Below are positions 1 to 10,175 of a stretch of 64,000 bases of DNA, in pieces. Origin of the DNA: an uncultured Spirochaetia bacterium (GTDB taxonomy: Bacteria > Spirochaetota > Spirochaetia > SZUA-6 > Bin103); assembly GCA_958296075.1 (NCBI GenBank), contig CATQHW010000001.1:783859-847858 (forward strand), written 5' to 3'. The position numbers and the translations under genes are program-made. The notes beneath the pieces are model-generated. The model was not told where the DNA came from. It did no database searches and saw nothing but the letters and a program-made list of their open reading frames with translations. Each line of letters starts with the position of its first letter. Positions within the stretch are counted from its first letter, which is position 1.

Positions 1-1737
1 GTCGAACTGCACGTCGAGCTGAAACTCCGGGTCGGTGGCGCGTGCGCTGTGGTAGGCGAGCCGCACGTACTCCTCCAGCAGGCCGTTGATCTCGACCTTC
101 TGCACGTCGGCGGAATGGCGGCCCATCATGAGCATGTCGCGCACGATGCGGTTGGCGCGGTCGCCGTGGGAGCGGATGCGTTCGAGATTCGCGACCAGAT
201 CGCCGGTGATCTCCGCCAGCAGTGAGCGCTGCTCGTCGTCGAGCTTCTCGCCGACCTCTCCGAGCACCTCCTGCAGCTCTTCGATCATCTCTTCGGAGGC
301 CTCTGAGAAGTTCTTCACGAAGTTCAACGGGTTGCGTATCTCGTGCGCGACGCCGGCGGTCAGCTCGCCGAGGGCGGCCAGCTTCTCGCGCATCACGATC
401 TGGTCCTGCGCGCGGCTCAGATCTTCGAGCGCGGCCTCGAGCTGGTCGTTCTTGCCCTTCAGCTCCTCGGCCAGGAGTTCCACCAGGTTCAAGCGCTGCA
501 CTTCCAGGGCATGACGGCGGAACACCTCCAGCGCGGCAGCCATGTCGGCCACCTCGTCGCGCCCGCCGATCTCCACGCGCGCCTCCAGGTCGCCGCCGGC
601 CATGCGCCGCATCCACCCCGACAGCAGCCCCAGCCGGCGCAGCAGGACCCGGCCCACGAAGAGCCAGGCGATCAGCCCGGCGCCGGCGAGGCTGACGCCG
701 CTGATCGCCAAGAGCAGGGTGCGCGCGGTCATGATCGCCTGCGTCGATGCCTGCGTCGCGTTCTGCGTGCGGCGGTTCGCGGCGGCGACCAGCTCGTCGA
801 TCACGGCCACCAGCTCCACCGCCAGGTCGCGGTTGCGCGCCAGCAGGTCCCGCTGGCTCCCGGCCAGCCGGAGCTCCTGCGCGCGCAGATCGAAGCCGCT
901 CTCCTTGCTCAGTCCCAGCGCCGTCAGGCGGGCAAAGATCGGCGCCACCGCGGCACGCAGCGCGGATTCCTCCAGCGTCGCCAGGCTCCGTTCGATACGC
1001 CCCGCGGCCGACTCGAATCGCTCCCGCAGCGGCTCGATCGCCAAGGCATCCTGGAGATTGAACGCGCTCGCCAGAAGCTCCGAGGCGATGCTGCCGTCCG
1101 CCTGCAGGTCGGCCAGCCGGCGGTAGCGGCCCAGCTCCCGCTCCGACAGGTGCTCCGCGCGCGGCGCCGGCGGTTCGCCGAGGGTCCGGTAGCCGGTGAT
1201 GGTATAGAAGAGCTGATCGTCGATCGCCGGGACCACCAGCTCCTCCAGGCCGCTGCGCAACGCCGCCAGCTCGGCGCGCAGCGCGGCGCTCCGCTCGTTC
1301 AGCGGGAACAGCTCCGTCATGCCGCTGCGGATCGCCTCGATGTTGGCGAGCAGCAGGTCGGTATGGGCGCGAACGCTGGCGATGCTCGCTTCGCCGGCGC
1401 CCGCCTGTTGCAGCGCGTCGAGCTCGCCCTGCAGCGCGTCGCGGGTTTCCGTGATGCGGGAGGCGACGCCGGCCAGTTCCGCAGGCGTCGACGCGGTGGT
1501 CAGCCGCGGCGCGACCGCCACCAGGTTGCCGGCGGTCCGAGCGACTCCGAACGCGGCCACCAGCTCGGGAACGCTTCCTTCGTTCACCCTCCGCTGCACG
1601 CTGGCGACGCGGTCGAAGAAGAACCAGCCGACCAGGCTGGCCGCCACGGTGAGGGCCACCGCGCCGCCGATTCCCAGCGAGAACTGACCCGACAGGCGAA
1701 AGCGGTAACGCAGCAGCCGCTGCAGGCGCTTTCTCAT
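1..1737 (-). CDS. Membrane sensor histidine kinase (sensor domain, HAMP, HisKA); 3' end runs off the window
   Basis: Manual reverse translation gives the H-box QIVMREKLAALGELTAGVAHEIRNPLNFVKNF, two hydrophobic segments and a HAMP-like stretch. ATG at 1737. Absent from the ORF track because the stop lies outside the window. Confidence 0.9.
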   Translation of the reverse strand, partial: MRKRLQRLLRYRFRLSGQFSLGIGGAVALTVAASLVGWFFFDRVASVQRRVNEGSVPELVAAFGVARTAGNLVAVAPRLTTASTPAELAGVASRITETRDALQGELDALQQAGAGEASIASVRAHTDLLLANIEAIRSGMTELFPLNERSAALRAELAALRSGLEELVVPAIDDQLFYTITGYRTLGEPPAPRAEHLSERELGRYRRLADLQADGSIASELLASAFNLQDALAIEPLRERFESAAGRIERSLATLEESALRAAVAPIFARLTALGLSKESGFDLRAQELRLAGSQRDLLARNRDLAVELVAVIDELVAAANRRTQNATQASTQAIMTARTLLLAISGVSLAGAGLIAWLFVGRVLLRRLGLLSGWMRRMAGGDLEARVEIGGRDEVADMAAALEVFRRHALEVQRLNLVELLAEELKGKNDQLEAALEDLSRAQDQIVMREKLAALGELTAGVAHEIRNPLNFVKNFSEASEEMIEELQEVLGEVGEKLDDEQRSLLAEITGDLVANLERIRSHGDRANRIVRDMLMMGRHSADVQKVEINGLLEEYVRLAYHSARATDPEFQLDVQFD

Positions 1738-1786
1738 GCCTGCGCGATCCGCGTACGCGCTTCCGGCGGCCCGGCGTCCAAAGCGA

Positions 1787-3091
1787 TTACCGTCGCGGCG
1801 CAACGCCGCCGCGCAGCGTGGCGGCGGGCCGGTATGCGCCGTCCGGCCCGATCCGGGTCAGGAATACGGCATCGGAGCCCTGGTTGTCGGCGTCGCCATA
1901 GCGCAACTCGAAGCCGTCGATGTCGATCACCTCGCGTCCGCGCAGGCTGCCCAGGAAGCAGTCCCGCGTCACTTCCGGCCCGCAGCCGGCGACCCCGGCT
2001 ACCGCCAGACGGCCCGCCAAGTAGCCCTCGAAGGAGACGAAGCCGGGCGCCGCCTCCGCGTCATAGGCTGCCAGGGCGCGCAGATAGGCGCCGGCCACCG
2101 GCAGGGAGTCGCCGTCCGACGGGAACGGCACCACCTGCGTGACGTACACGCCCTCGCCGGCCGCGCCGAGCTCTTCCGCCAGGGCGTTGCTGCCCACGAA
2201 CGAGACGGTCAGGAAGGTGGGGGTCAGACCCACGTGCCGCGCCCAGGTGATCAACGCCGCCACCGGCCGATAGGCGCCGATCATGATCACCGCCTGCGGA
2301 TCGCCCTGCCACAGGTCGAGGAGGGCGGTCTTCACGGCCGTCGTGTTGCGCGGGTAGAGCCCGATCGACACCGGCGCCATGCCGCGCCGGTCGAGCGCCA
2401 GACGGGCTCCCCGGTAACCGGCGCGGCCGAACGAGTCGTCCTGGTAGAGCACCGCGATGCGGGTGACGCCCAAATCCTCGGTCAACCGCGCGACCATCTT
2501 CTCGGTCTCCTGGTAGTAGGAGGCGCGCAGGTTGAGCACGTTGCGCCACTTCGGGTCGCGCAGGAATTCGGCGCCGGTGAACGGCGCGACGTAGGGAACG
2601 CCCGCCGCGGCGGCGACCGGCGCGGCGGAACGCGAGGTCGGCGTGCCGACCGCTCCGATCAACGCGAACACCCGATCCTCTTCGATCAGGCGGAAGGTGT
2701 TGGCGATCGCCGCCTCCGGCTCGTAGGCGTCATCGCGGGAGACCAGCGCCAGCCGCCGGCCGTGGACGCCGCCGCCGCTGTTGGCTTCGTGAAACGCCGC
2801 CTCGATGCCGAGCCGCATGTTGCGGCCCAGTGCGCGGGCCGGACCGCTGAAGGCGGCGGACTGGCCGAACAGGACGCGCTCGGCGGACACGCCCGGCGCC
2901 GGAGCGTCGGCCGGTGGGGCGTCGTCCGCCGTCGCCGGCGGGGCGGCGCTCCCCTCCGCCGCGGCGGCCGCGGGCGCGGCGCCGGCCGAACGATCCTGAA
3001 CGCCGGTGCACGACAGCAAGCCCGCCAGCAGCACGGTACCGGCGAGGGCGGCGCCGGGCTTCGCCACGGTCCGGTTGCGCCCGGCGCTCAC
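1787..3091 (-). CDS. ABC-type periplasmic substrate-binding lipoprotein (LivJ/leucine-binding family)
   Basis: Lipobox-like LLSC; motifs GQSAAFSGPA, DDAYEP, LIGAVGTPT, YQDDSFG. Confidence 0.88.
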   Translation of the reverse strand: MSAGRNRTVAKPGAALAGTVLLAGLLSCTGVQDRSAGAAPAAAAAEGSAAPPATADDAPPADAPAPGVSAERVLFGQSAAFSGPARALGRNMRLGIEAAFHEANSGGGVHGRRLALVSRDDAYEPEAAIANTFRLIEEDRVFALIGAVGTPTSRSAAPVAAAAGVPYVAPFTGAEFLRDPKWRNVLNLRASYYQETEKMVARLTEDLGVTRIAVLYQDDSFGRAGYRGARLALDRRGMAPVSIGLYPRNTTAVKTALLDLWQGDPQAVIMIGAYRPVAALITWARHVGLTPTFLTVSFVGSNALAEELGAAGEGVYVTQVVPFPSDGDSLPVAGAYLRALAAYDAEAAPGFVSFEGYLAGRLAVAGVAGCGPEVTRDCFLGSLRGREVIDIDGFELRYGDADNQGSDAVFLTRIGPDGAYRPAATLRGGVAPRR

Positions 3092-4263
3092 GTCCCGGAT
3101 CGGCCGCGGGAGAGCGCCAGGCAGGTGACGTCATCCGACCGCGGCGTGTCGCCGGCGAACGCGCGCACGGCGTCGAACACCGCCCGGCTGGCCGCGCGGC
3201 TGTCGACCGGCGGGGAGCCGGCGAAGATCGCGCGCAGGCGCTCCATTCCAAACTCCTCCTTGGCGCCGTTCATCGCCTCGGTCACCCCGTCGGTGTACAG
3301 GACCAGGGTGGAACCGGGATCGATGCTGACGCAGTGCTGGCCGTACTGAAACTCCGGCGCCACGCCGAGGGCGATCCCGTCGGTCAGCGGCAGCAACTCG
3401 GAGCTGCCGTCGACCTGCACCAGCAGTGGCGAGTTGTGACCGCCGTTGGCGTACGTGAGCTTGCCGTTCGCCGGGTCGTAGATCGCGTACAGGACCGTGA
3501 CGAACATCGACGCCTCGTTGTCCTCGTTGAGCAGATCGTTCACCTCGCGCAGCACCTCGCCCGGTTCGGAAAGGCCTACGGCCGCACCTTTCAACAGGGT
3601 GCGCGTCGACATCATGAACAGCGATGCCGGTACGCCCTTGTCCGAGACGTCGGCGATCGCCAAGCCGATGCGGCCGTTTTCCAGCGGCACGACGTCGAAG
3701 AAGTCGCCGCCCACGGCGCGCGCCGGCTCCATCTGGCCGAAGAGCCGGAAGTCCGGACCCTCCGGGAACCGGGTGGGAAGAATCGACTGCTGCATCTTGC
3801 TCGCCAGGTCGAGCTCGTTCTGCAGGGCGACCAGCTTGTCCCGCGACGCCAGCGCTTCCCGCCACTCGGCCAAGTGGCGCAGCGTGCGGTCGATGGTGAC
3901 GCGGAGATCCTCGAAGTCGAGCGGTTTGGTGACGAAGTCGAACGCCCCCCGATTCATCGCGGTGCGGATGTTCTCCATGTCGCCGTAGGCCGACACGATG
4001 ACGCAGCGCACGTTGGGGTCGACCTTGGGGATCTGCTGCAGCAGGGTCAGACCGTCCATCTGCGGCATGTTGATGTCGGACAGCACGATGTCGATGTCCG
4101 CTTCCTGGCGGAGCCGATCGAGCGCCTCGACGCCGTTCTGCGCGAACACCAACTCGTAACGGCCGGCCCGGACGTCGCGCCGCATGCGCTGCCGCATCAG
4201 CGGCTCGACGTCCGGCTCGTCGTCGACGACGAGTATCTTGTGAGGCTGTTGCACGGGACTCAT
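3088..4263 (-). CDS. Response regulator receiver fused to SpoIIE/PP2C phosphatase (RsbU-like)
   Basis: Receiver motifs ILVVDD, LSDINMP, KP; PP2C motifs GGDFFD, IADVSDKG, LYTDGVTEA, DDVT. Confidence 0.93.
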   Translation of the reverse strand: MSPVQQPHKILVVDDEPDVEPLMRQRMRRDVRAGRYELVFAQNGVEALDRLRQEADIDIVLSDINMPQMDGLTLLQQIPKVDPNVRCVIVSAYGDMENIRTAMNRGAFDFVTKPLDFEDLRVTIDRTLRHLAEWREALASRDKLVALQNELDLASKMQQSILPTRFPEGPDFRLFGQMEPARAVGGDFFDVVPLENGRIGLAIADVSDKGVPASLFMMSTRTLLKGAAVGLSEPGEVLREVNDLLNEDNEASMFVTVLYAIYDPANGKLTYANGGHNSPLLVQVDGSSELLPLTDGIALGVAPEFQYGQHCVSIDPGSTLVLYTDGVTEAMNGAKEEFGMERLRAIFAGSPPVDSRAASRAVFDAVRAFAGDTPRSDDVTCLALSRGRSGT

Positions 4264-4344
4264 CGACGACCGGAAGTCGGCGCCGTCGTCACGCGCCCGC
4301 GCCGCACGCCGCGGAGCCGGCGGAAGCGGTCAGGGACGCGCAAT

Positions 4345-4374
4345 GCTCGTCATGATCGGGCTCGTCATGATCGG
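4345..4374. repeat. Perfect 15-bp tandem duplication GCTCGTCATGATCGG x2
   Basis: Read directly; overlaps the stop codon of 4365..4862. Confidence 0.9.
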
Positions 4375-4862
4375 CTCCAGGAGCAATCGGAATGGACCAC
4401 CACCCGGTCGCCTTCCAGGTACTCCGCCTGGTAGGAGCAACTTCCCGTTATCCCTGCGTATCGGCCGGTGCCGCCCAGCAGCTCCCACGTCCCTTCGCCG
4501 CCGCCGACCGCCACGGTGCCCTGCTTCCGAACGGCGTACGTGTAGAGCATGCCGTCCGCCGCGTCGCCGAACAGGCACGGCGCATCAAGGTCCAGGCCGC
4601 CGGCGTGACTCCGGGAGAAGACCACGCAGTCCGAAACGATGTTCGCACCGGCGACGAACGGTCCGCCACTACTCTCGATGACCGTCATCGTCCCATTCAG
4701 CGGCCCGCCGACGAAGGTCTCTCCTTCATGCTCGATCGTGACGTACTCATGGTGATAGCTGCTGACCGAACGGTAGGTTCCGCTCTCCTGTGCAGTAGCC
4801 GTCCAGGCCGCCGCCAGCGCCGCGGCGGCCAACGCGACGATCACCGTCTTCCGTAGACTCAT
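4365..4862 (-). CDS. Hypothetical secreted protein
   Basis: Signal peptide MSLRKTVIVALAAAALAAAWTATA, GGAG RBS upstream; C-terminal part of track ORF 4365..5474. Confidence 0.75.
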   Translation of the reverse strand: MSLRKTVIVALAAAALAAAWTATAQESGTYRSVSSYHHEYVTIEHEGETFVGGPLNGTMTVIESSGGPFVAGANIVSDCVVFSRSHAGGLDLDAPCLFGDAADGMLYTYAVRKQGTVAVGGGEGTWELLGGTGRYAGITGSCSYQAEYLEGDRVVVHSDCSWSRS

Positions 4863-5057
4863 GTCGTTCCTCCATTCGATCGGGCCGTCCGCCCGATCTT
4901 TTCTCCGTGCGATTGTCGCCGATCCGGCGAGCGTTCGCAAACGGCGGCAGGCAATGGACCGCCGGCACCGGAGTGCGCCAGCCGGCTGGGAACTCCACCC
5001 GACCGGCCGCACTCCGGCGCTATTGACAGGAGGCGCGACAGGAAGCAGCGTGCGTCC

Positions 5058-5456
5058 ATGGACACGGACGAACTGGCCGGCGAGCTGCAGGAGTGCGTTC
5101 GGCTCATGGAGGCGGGCCGATTGTCGGTCGAGCGGCTGCGCGCGTGCGCGGACGCCGCCCGCGCGCAGGCCGGCAACCGGCAGCGCCAACGCCAGGACAT
5201 CCTCTACCTGTGGACCCTGTTCTCCTCGGTCACATCCAAGGTCAACGGCATGGCCTTGATCGAGGACGGCGTGGTGAAGCCGTGCCCGGAGGCCCCCGAC
5301 GACTGGCCCTACCGGAGCGTGTTGGAGGCCATGAACGACGGATGGCGGATCATCAGCTTCCCGAACATGGCGTTGTTGATGGATGACTCGAAGACCTACG
5401 GCCTGGGCAACGAGTTCATCCTGGAAAAGCTGCGCAACGCGTCGCCCGCCGAGTAG
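5058..5456 (+). CDS. Hypothetical protein
   Basis: GC3-biased codon usage; 4 bp upstream of the PhyH gene. Confidence 0.75.
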   Translation: MDTDELAGELQECVRLMEAGRLSVERLRACADAARAQAGNRQRQRQDILYLWTLFSSVTSKVNGMALIEDGVVKPCPEAPDDWPYRSVLEAMNDGWRIISFPNMALLMDDSKTYGLGNEFILEKLRNASPAE

Positions 5457-5460
5457 ATCG

Positions 5461-6246
5461 ATGGCCGCGCTCACCGGCGAGCAGCTCGACCGGTTCCACG
5501 CCGGCGGCTACCTGCTGCTCGGCGCGCTGTTGAGCGCCGCGGAGTTGGAGTCGCTCCGCCGCCGCGCCGACGACCTGACCGCCGGTCGCGTGCCTGCGGG
5601 TCGCGTCGGCTTCCAGCTCGACGAGCGGTGGCGCCGGACGGCCGGCGACGCCACCGGCTATGCGTACGCCGGCCCGTCCGACGGCTACCGCAAGATCGGC
5701 GGACTGGAGTGGGACCCGGTGTTCTACCCCGTGATCACCGGCGCAGCCATGCTGGACGTGATCGGGCAGCTCGTCCCGCGGCCGCTGGCGATCCATCGCG
5801 CCATGATCCTGATGAAGCCCGCGCACGGCGGCACCGCGCTGAGCTGGCATCAAGACACCGGAGCCGGCTTCCCGGTGCCCGGCACCCCCTACTTCACGAT
5901 CTGGACCGCGCTCGACGATGCCGGTCCCGATAACGGGGCGATGTACGTCCTGCCCGGCAGCCAGCACTTCGACGCCGACGGTCTGCCGTGGCAGGAGGTA
6001 ACGGCCCGCGCCCGCGCGGCCGCCCAGGAAGGCGACCGCGAGCGTGTGGTCCTGACCGCCGCGGCCGGCGAGTCCTATCTGCTCAATCCGCGCGTGCTGC
6101 ACGGTTCCGACCCCAACCCGACCGGCCGCCGGCGGCGGGCCCTGAACGTGATCTACATGCCGGCCGGCGCGCCGATCACCCCGCAGCCGGACGGCAGGCA
6201 GAACGACGAGCGCCGCCGCATCGAGGAGACGGCGGCCGCCGGGTAG
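5461..6246 (+). CDS. Phytanoyl-CoA dioxygenase (PhyH) family protein
   Basis: WHQD Fe-binding motif, IWTALDDA..NGAMYVLPGS, distal LHGS. Confidence 0.9.
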   Translation: MAALTGEQLDRFHAGGYLLLGALLSAAELESLRRRADDLTAGRVPAGRVGFQLDERWRRTAGDATGYAYAGPSDGYRKIGGLEWDPVFYPVITGAAMLDVIGQLVPRPLAIHRAMILMKPAHGGTALSWHQDTGAGFPVPGTPYFTIWTALDDAGPDNGAMYVLPGSQHFDADGLPWQEVTARARAAAQEGDRERVVLTAAAGESYLLNPRVLHGSDPNPTGRRRRALNVIYMPAGAPITPQPDGRQNDERRRIEETAAAG

Positions 6247-6262
6247 CCGTAGTCAACTGCGA

Positions 6263-6897
6263 TTATACCAAGCTGCCTTCATACAGCGCCTGCTCCTGCA
6301 GCGGGTCGATCGATGCCGTGGGCTCATCGAGCAGCATGGTGTCGTATGCGCGATATAGGCCGCGCGCGATCGCCACCCGCTGCCACTGGCCTCCCGACAG
6401 GTCGGTCGTTCCGAATTCGCGCGACAACACGCTTGTCATCGCCATGAATCTGCTGAGCGCGTAGACGACGACGCCGAATCCTCCGATGTCGATGCTACCG
6501 TTGGCGAGCAAAATTGCAGCCAGCGCGAAGCAGCCTCCATATCCGAGCAGGACAAGAACATTGAGCGCCATCTCGTATCCGCCCACACGAAGGCTCTCTC
6601 GCCAGCGCTCGGCGTTGAAACGGTGAATCACCGTGCGATACCGCTGCAGAAATCGAAAACGAAATGAGGATGACGACCGGATACAGAAAACCGAGCAGCA
6701 TCCCCACCGCTCCCTGCATTCCCGACCTTGCCAACTCCAAACCTTCGTGGGCATCGAGCGTCTCGAAGTCGACGAGTTCCAGGCGCGCCGCTTTCTCGTT
6801 CATCGTCTCGGTGATGGCTTCGAGCGCCTTGTCGGAGAAATAGCCGACGATGAGGTCGCCGATCATGTAGAGAAAATCTCGGAACAGAATCGCCGCT
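6263..6897 (-). pseudogene. Internally deleted ABC exporter remnant (TM plus ATPase fragments)
   Basis: TM fragments joined directly to LSGGQWQRVAIAR and LLDEPTASIDP; no Walker A; frameshifted. Confidence 0.8.
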
Positions 6898-7487
6898 CCG
6901 ACCAGCAGGCGCGCTCCACCCTCGCCGCCTACGGCAACGACCGCATCCGGGTGCCACGCATGAACGCGCTGGCCGAGCGCAGCACCGTCTTTCACCGCGC
7001 CTACTGCGCGCAACCGGTGTGCGGTCCGGCGCGCGCCGCGCTCTTCAGCGGCACCTACCCGCACCGCAACGGCCAGATCACGCTGGACCGGCATCCCATG
7101 CACGACCACGTCCCGTGCCTGACCGACCTGCTCGACGACCGCTGGGCCTGCGGGTTCTTCGGCCGCAGCGGCCACCATCGCTACGCGGGCGGACCGGCGC
7201 CGCGCGCCGGCGGCATCGAGACGAGCTCGACTTCGACGACGGCGCGCCGGCGGCGGTGCTGCGCGCGCACGGCCTGACGCCGCAGGACGGCGTCCGCTTC
7301 GGCAAGCAGGATCGCCCCTTCATCCCCGAGCATCTGGGCGGCCCGGCCAACATCGCCACCAAGGCGTGCGACTTCATTCGCCGGCACCGCCGCCGGCCGT
7401 TCGCCCTCACGCTCTGCTTCTACGAGCCGCACGACCCGCTGTCGGGACCGCTGAACGACTTGCACCCCTTCGAACAGGTGACCCTGC
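6898..7487 (+). pseudogene. Partial duplicate of the sulfatase gene (copy of 10352..10939), part 1
   Basis: Near-identical to 10352..10939 with a few transitions and a 2-bp GA insertion near 7218. Confidence 0.95.
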
Positions 7488-7515
7488 GGGCGATGCGAGT
7501 CCGTATCTCCACAGT

Positions 7516-7555
7516 GTAAGCCATGGCTGACATTCATATGTTAGCTATGGCTTAC
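7516..7555. promoter_or_regulatory. Imperfect inverted repeat, probable phage operator between divergent cro stub and cI
   Basis: GTAAGCCATGGCTGACAT-TCAT-ATGTTAGCTATGGCTTAC: 18-bp arms, 2 mismatches, AT-rich. Confidence 0.65.
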
Positions 7556-7588
7556 TTGTCAAGCACGTGTTGTTGATATTCTGCGCGA

Positions 7589-8074
7589 ATGGTTGGAGAA
7601 CGCATGGCTCGGGCGCGGAGAGGCGCCCGGCTGAAGCAGGTCGAACTCGCAGCGGCGATGGGAGAGGGCGTGGGTCGATCGATGATCTCGATGATCGAGA
7701 CCGGACGCCTCCTACCGTCCTTCTCACGCGCGATCGAGGCCGCCACGGCGCTCGACGTGTCCCTCGACTACTTGGCCGGCCTCACCGACGACCCCGAGCC
7801 GGCATCGCTGCGCAGGCGTCAAATCGGTCGCCAGCGACCGATTTGACGCCTGCCGGACGGCTGCTCGATCCTGCTCGACCGCCTGCGCCGCTCACCGCGC
7901 GCTGGCCGCATCTACGTGGTGCGCACCAGCGACGAGGGCGTCATCGTCAAGCGCTCACACCGCGCCGGCGGCCGCTGGACCCTGCGCAGCGACCACCCGG
8001 CATGGCCGCCGAGGCCCTGGCCGCCCGGCGCCGAGATCATCGGCGAGGTACGCTGGATGGCCCGCACACTCTGA
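7589..8074 (+). pseudogene. cI/LexA-like repressor (XRE HTH plus S24 peptidase) with internal deletion
   Basis: HTH ORF 7589..7846; after the stop, LPDGCSILLD..IVKR..LRSDHP..IIGEVRW to TGA 8074; the catalytic-Ser segment is missing. Confidence 0.85.
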
Positions 8075-8087
8075 ACGGAGGGATGAG

Positions 8088-8479
8088 ATGGCGTTGGTGA
8101 AGTGCCCCGATTGTCGCGCTGAGGTGAGCGACACTGCCGCGAGTTGCATCAGATGCGGACGCGCGTCCCGTGAGCCGAACATGCTTGGTCGGCTCACGAA
8201 GGGATCTTCCTCCTCTTCAACGGCGCGATGGCAGCGTGGGCTGTGGTGGAGATGGGGTTTGGCGGGGTGATGATGCCCTGGGCGGCCGGATCGGTCATCC
8301 TCGGCATGCTCGCGCTGGTGACCCAAGGGCCACAGCGCGAGCTGGGCGGAGCGAGGAAGAAGGCAAACGCCGAAGAGGACGTGATGTCGCGCGTGATAGC
8401 GCGACGGCATGCCCGTGGCGAGGGCTTGATCGGCAAACCTGAGAGGCGCGAGAGAGAACCGAAGGTCGATGAACCCTGA
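8088..8479 (+). pseudogene. Zinc-ribbon membrane protein, apparently frameshifted
   Basis: MALVKCPDC..CIRCG zinc ribbon (8088..8270); hydrophobic segments continue in another frame (8228..8479). Confidence 0.6.
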
Positions 8480-8543
8480 TCAGAGGCCGACGTTCACCGC
8501 GATGCCCAAGGCCATATCTCTTCCTTGTCCAAGACAGACCCTC

Positions 8544-8780
8544 TTATTCACCGTCAGCGGCTTCCACTACCTTGGGGTCGACCGGCCGGTTGAAGTCCGG
8601 CATCCCATCTGAGCCCATGCGGTAGTACTCGCCGCTGGCCCAGTACACCACCTTGGTGCCGTCCGTGAGTTTGGTGATGATCAGGTCGTACGTCGCGCCC
8701 GACGGATCCTTCCGCAGTTCGCTGAGGGGCCGAAGCTGCCGCCCGTCGTAATCGCTGCCTACTCGGTCCTCGTCAGCCAT
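8544..8780 (-). CDS. Small acidic hypothetical protein, possible immunity protein
   Basis: Overlaps the 3' end of the MuF-like gene. Confidence 0.55.
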   Translation of the reverse strand: MADEDRVGSDYDGRQLRPLSELRKDPSGATYDLIITKLTDGTKVVYWASGEYYRMGSDGMPDFNRPVDPKVVEAADGE

Positions 8781-9543
8781 CCCTGCGCCTCGAACAGATC
8801 GTCCATCGCCTCGGCGATGGGGGCGAACTCGTCATAGCCCCAGTGCCTGAGCCGTTCATCCAGGTGATCAGAGTGCAGGTAGTGGCGGAGCTGCGCAAGC
8901 ATCTGATGATCGCGACTGCGCCACGCGACCCACTGCGAGTATGCGCGGGCGAACACCTCGTGCGGTGACTGGAGGTGGCTCCGCTTTGCGCCGCTGAGGT
9001 CGTGCGCGATGGCCGTGAACGTGGGCGAGTCCCAGGTGGCGCGCAGCAGCCGCCGCATCTCCTCCGTCTCCTGGAGATTGGACTGCATGCCGCGTCCGGG
9101 GAGTCCGCTGATGTCGATGATGTGGCCGACCTCGTGCGCGACAGTCAGTTCGGGGTGCCGGGCATTGGCCGCCACGCCCATCTCGGTCGGCCTGCCATCC
9201 GGTGCGCGGTCGAGCCGTCCGTGCGTGCGCGCGTTCGCGCGATCGCGGACCACATCTATCGACGGCATGGCGCCGGCGCCGTGGAGCCGGTCGATGGCGT
9301 CGAGGCCGTCGCGGACGCGGCGACCGAGGTCGCCGCGAATGCGCACGTGCAGCGCGTCCGTCACCCGCGCCGTGTCAGGAGCGGGGCTGACGGTGCGCGC
9401 CAACCGCTCGTCCTTGAGCGCAAACTGCTGCGCGAGCTGCTCAGCGCGCCCGACGCCGGGGTTGCGTTCAAAGCCGGGGTCGATGCCCGCCACGCCGCGG
9501 TAGGTCCGCCTGGTGTGCTCGTTGCGATAGGTCATCTCGCGCA
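8759..9543 (-). pseudogene. 5'-truncated phage MuF-like head morphogenesis protein with C-terminal zincin metallopeptidase domain
   Basis: GIDPGFERNPG resembles the end of MuF domains; HEVGH and downstream EVFARAYSQW; 5' end cut at the insertion junction. Confidence 0.7.
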
Positions 9544-9624
9544 GCCGGACAACTGGACGCATCCTCCGGCCCCCGATCAGCCGCGCAAGGCGCTGCTGGA
9601 GCACCGGTGCGTGCTGCATCGCGG
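9544..9624 (+). repeat. Sulfatase duplicate, part 2 (copy of 10938..11018)
   Basis: 81 bp with one substitution. Confidence 0.95.
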
Positions 9625-9860
9625 ACGGTGGCGTGGAGGTGGTCGAGGTAGTCGGCTACGTCGGCGGCGGTAGTCGGCAGCACGGCGCGCCCGTGCTGGA
9701 TCGCCCAAGCGTTCTAGGAGCGGTACTGCCGGCGAGTGTTGGGCGCCAGCGTTTCGAGCGCGGCGACTGCGCGGCGCTGCTGGTCGGCCGTGGTGGCGAG
9801 GTCGCCCGTCGTCCCGGCCGGAGCCGGAGCGGTGGTCGTGGTGGCGAGCGCGGCCGTCAT
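9625..9860 (-). pseudogene. N-terminal remnant of a Cre-like tyrosine recombinase
   Basis: LAPNTRRQYRS*NAWAIQHGRAVLPTTAADVADYLDHL; in-frame stop; no catalytic domain. Confidence 0.65.
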
Positions 9861-10069
9861 GCTGCGCCCCGGTCGGCATCGCGCCGGTCGGCGAGCAAGA
9901 CCGATTGCAGGGTGTCGATCATGCCTTCGACGCGGGCGATGCGCTGTTCGACGCCCGCGAACCGGTCGGCGAGCCTGTCCATGCTGGCGCGAACGCCGGC
10001 GATCTGGACGGTGACAAGCCCGCCCAAGCTGACGGCGGCGGCGATGATGGCGATGAGCTCGGCTGACAT
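9857..10069 (-). CDS. Small TM plus coiled-coil hypothetical protein
   Basis: AGGAGG RBS; N-terminal TM then heptad pattern; stop overlaps the recombinase start. Confidence 0.7.
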   Translation of the reverse strand: MSAELIAIIAAAVSLGGLVTVQIAGVRASMDRLADRFAGVEQRIARVEGMIDTLQSVLLADRRDADRGAA

Positions 10070-10175
10070 GGCGTCCTCCTGAGCGGCCGGAGTGGTCTGG
10101 TCGGTGCCGGCCGCTTGCATCATAGCTACGTATAATATCGTATATCGGACAGCACCACGTTCTCGCGCAACATCA

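Larger units (their letters stand above)
7488..9543. mobile_element. Prophage-derived 2056-bp fragment inserted into the sulfatase duplicate, flanked by duplicated GC
   Basis: Host sequence ACCCTGC stops at 7487 and resumes as GCCGGACAAC at 9544; contains a cro stub, a cI-like gene and a MuF-like gene. Confidence 0.85.

Noticed and set aside
343-3349. Long plus-strand ORFs here and elsewhere (e.g. 44339..47056, 61715..63853)
   Set aside because: These are antisense or off-frame shadows typical of high-GC DNA; the opposite strand carries recognisable motifs.
4345-4374. 15-bp tandem repeat as an att or regulatory site
   Set aside because: It is an isolated duplication with no associated element.
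7488-9543. Intact prophage, or a circular form of insert A restoring a gene
   Set aside because: There is no integrase or structural module, and joining the ends puts the cro stub out of frame with the MuF remnant.
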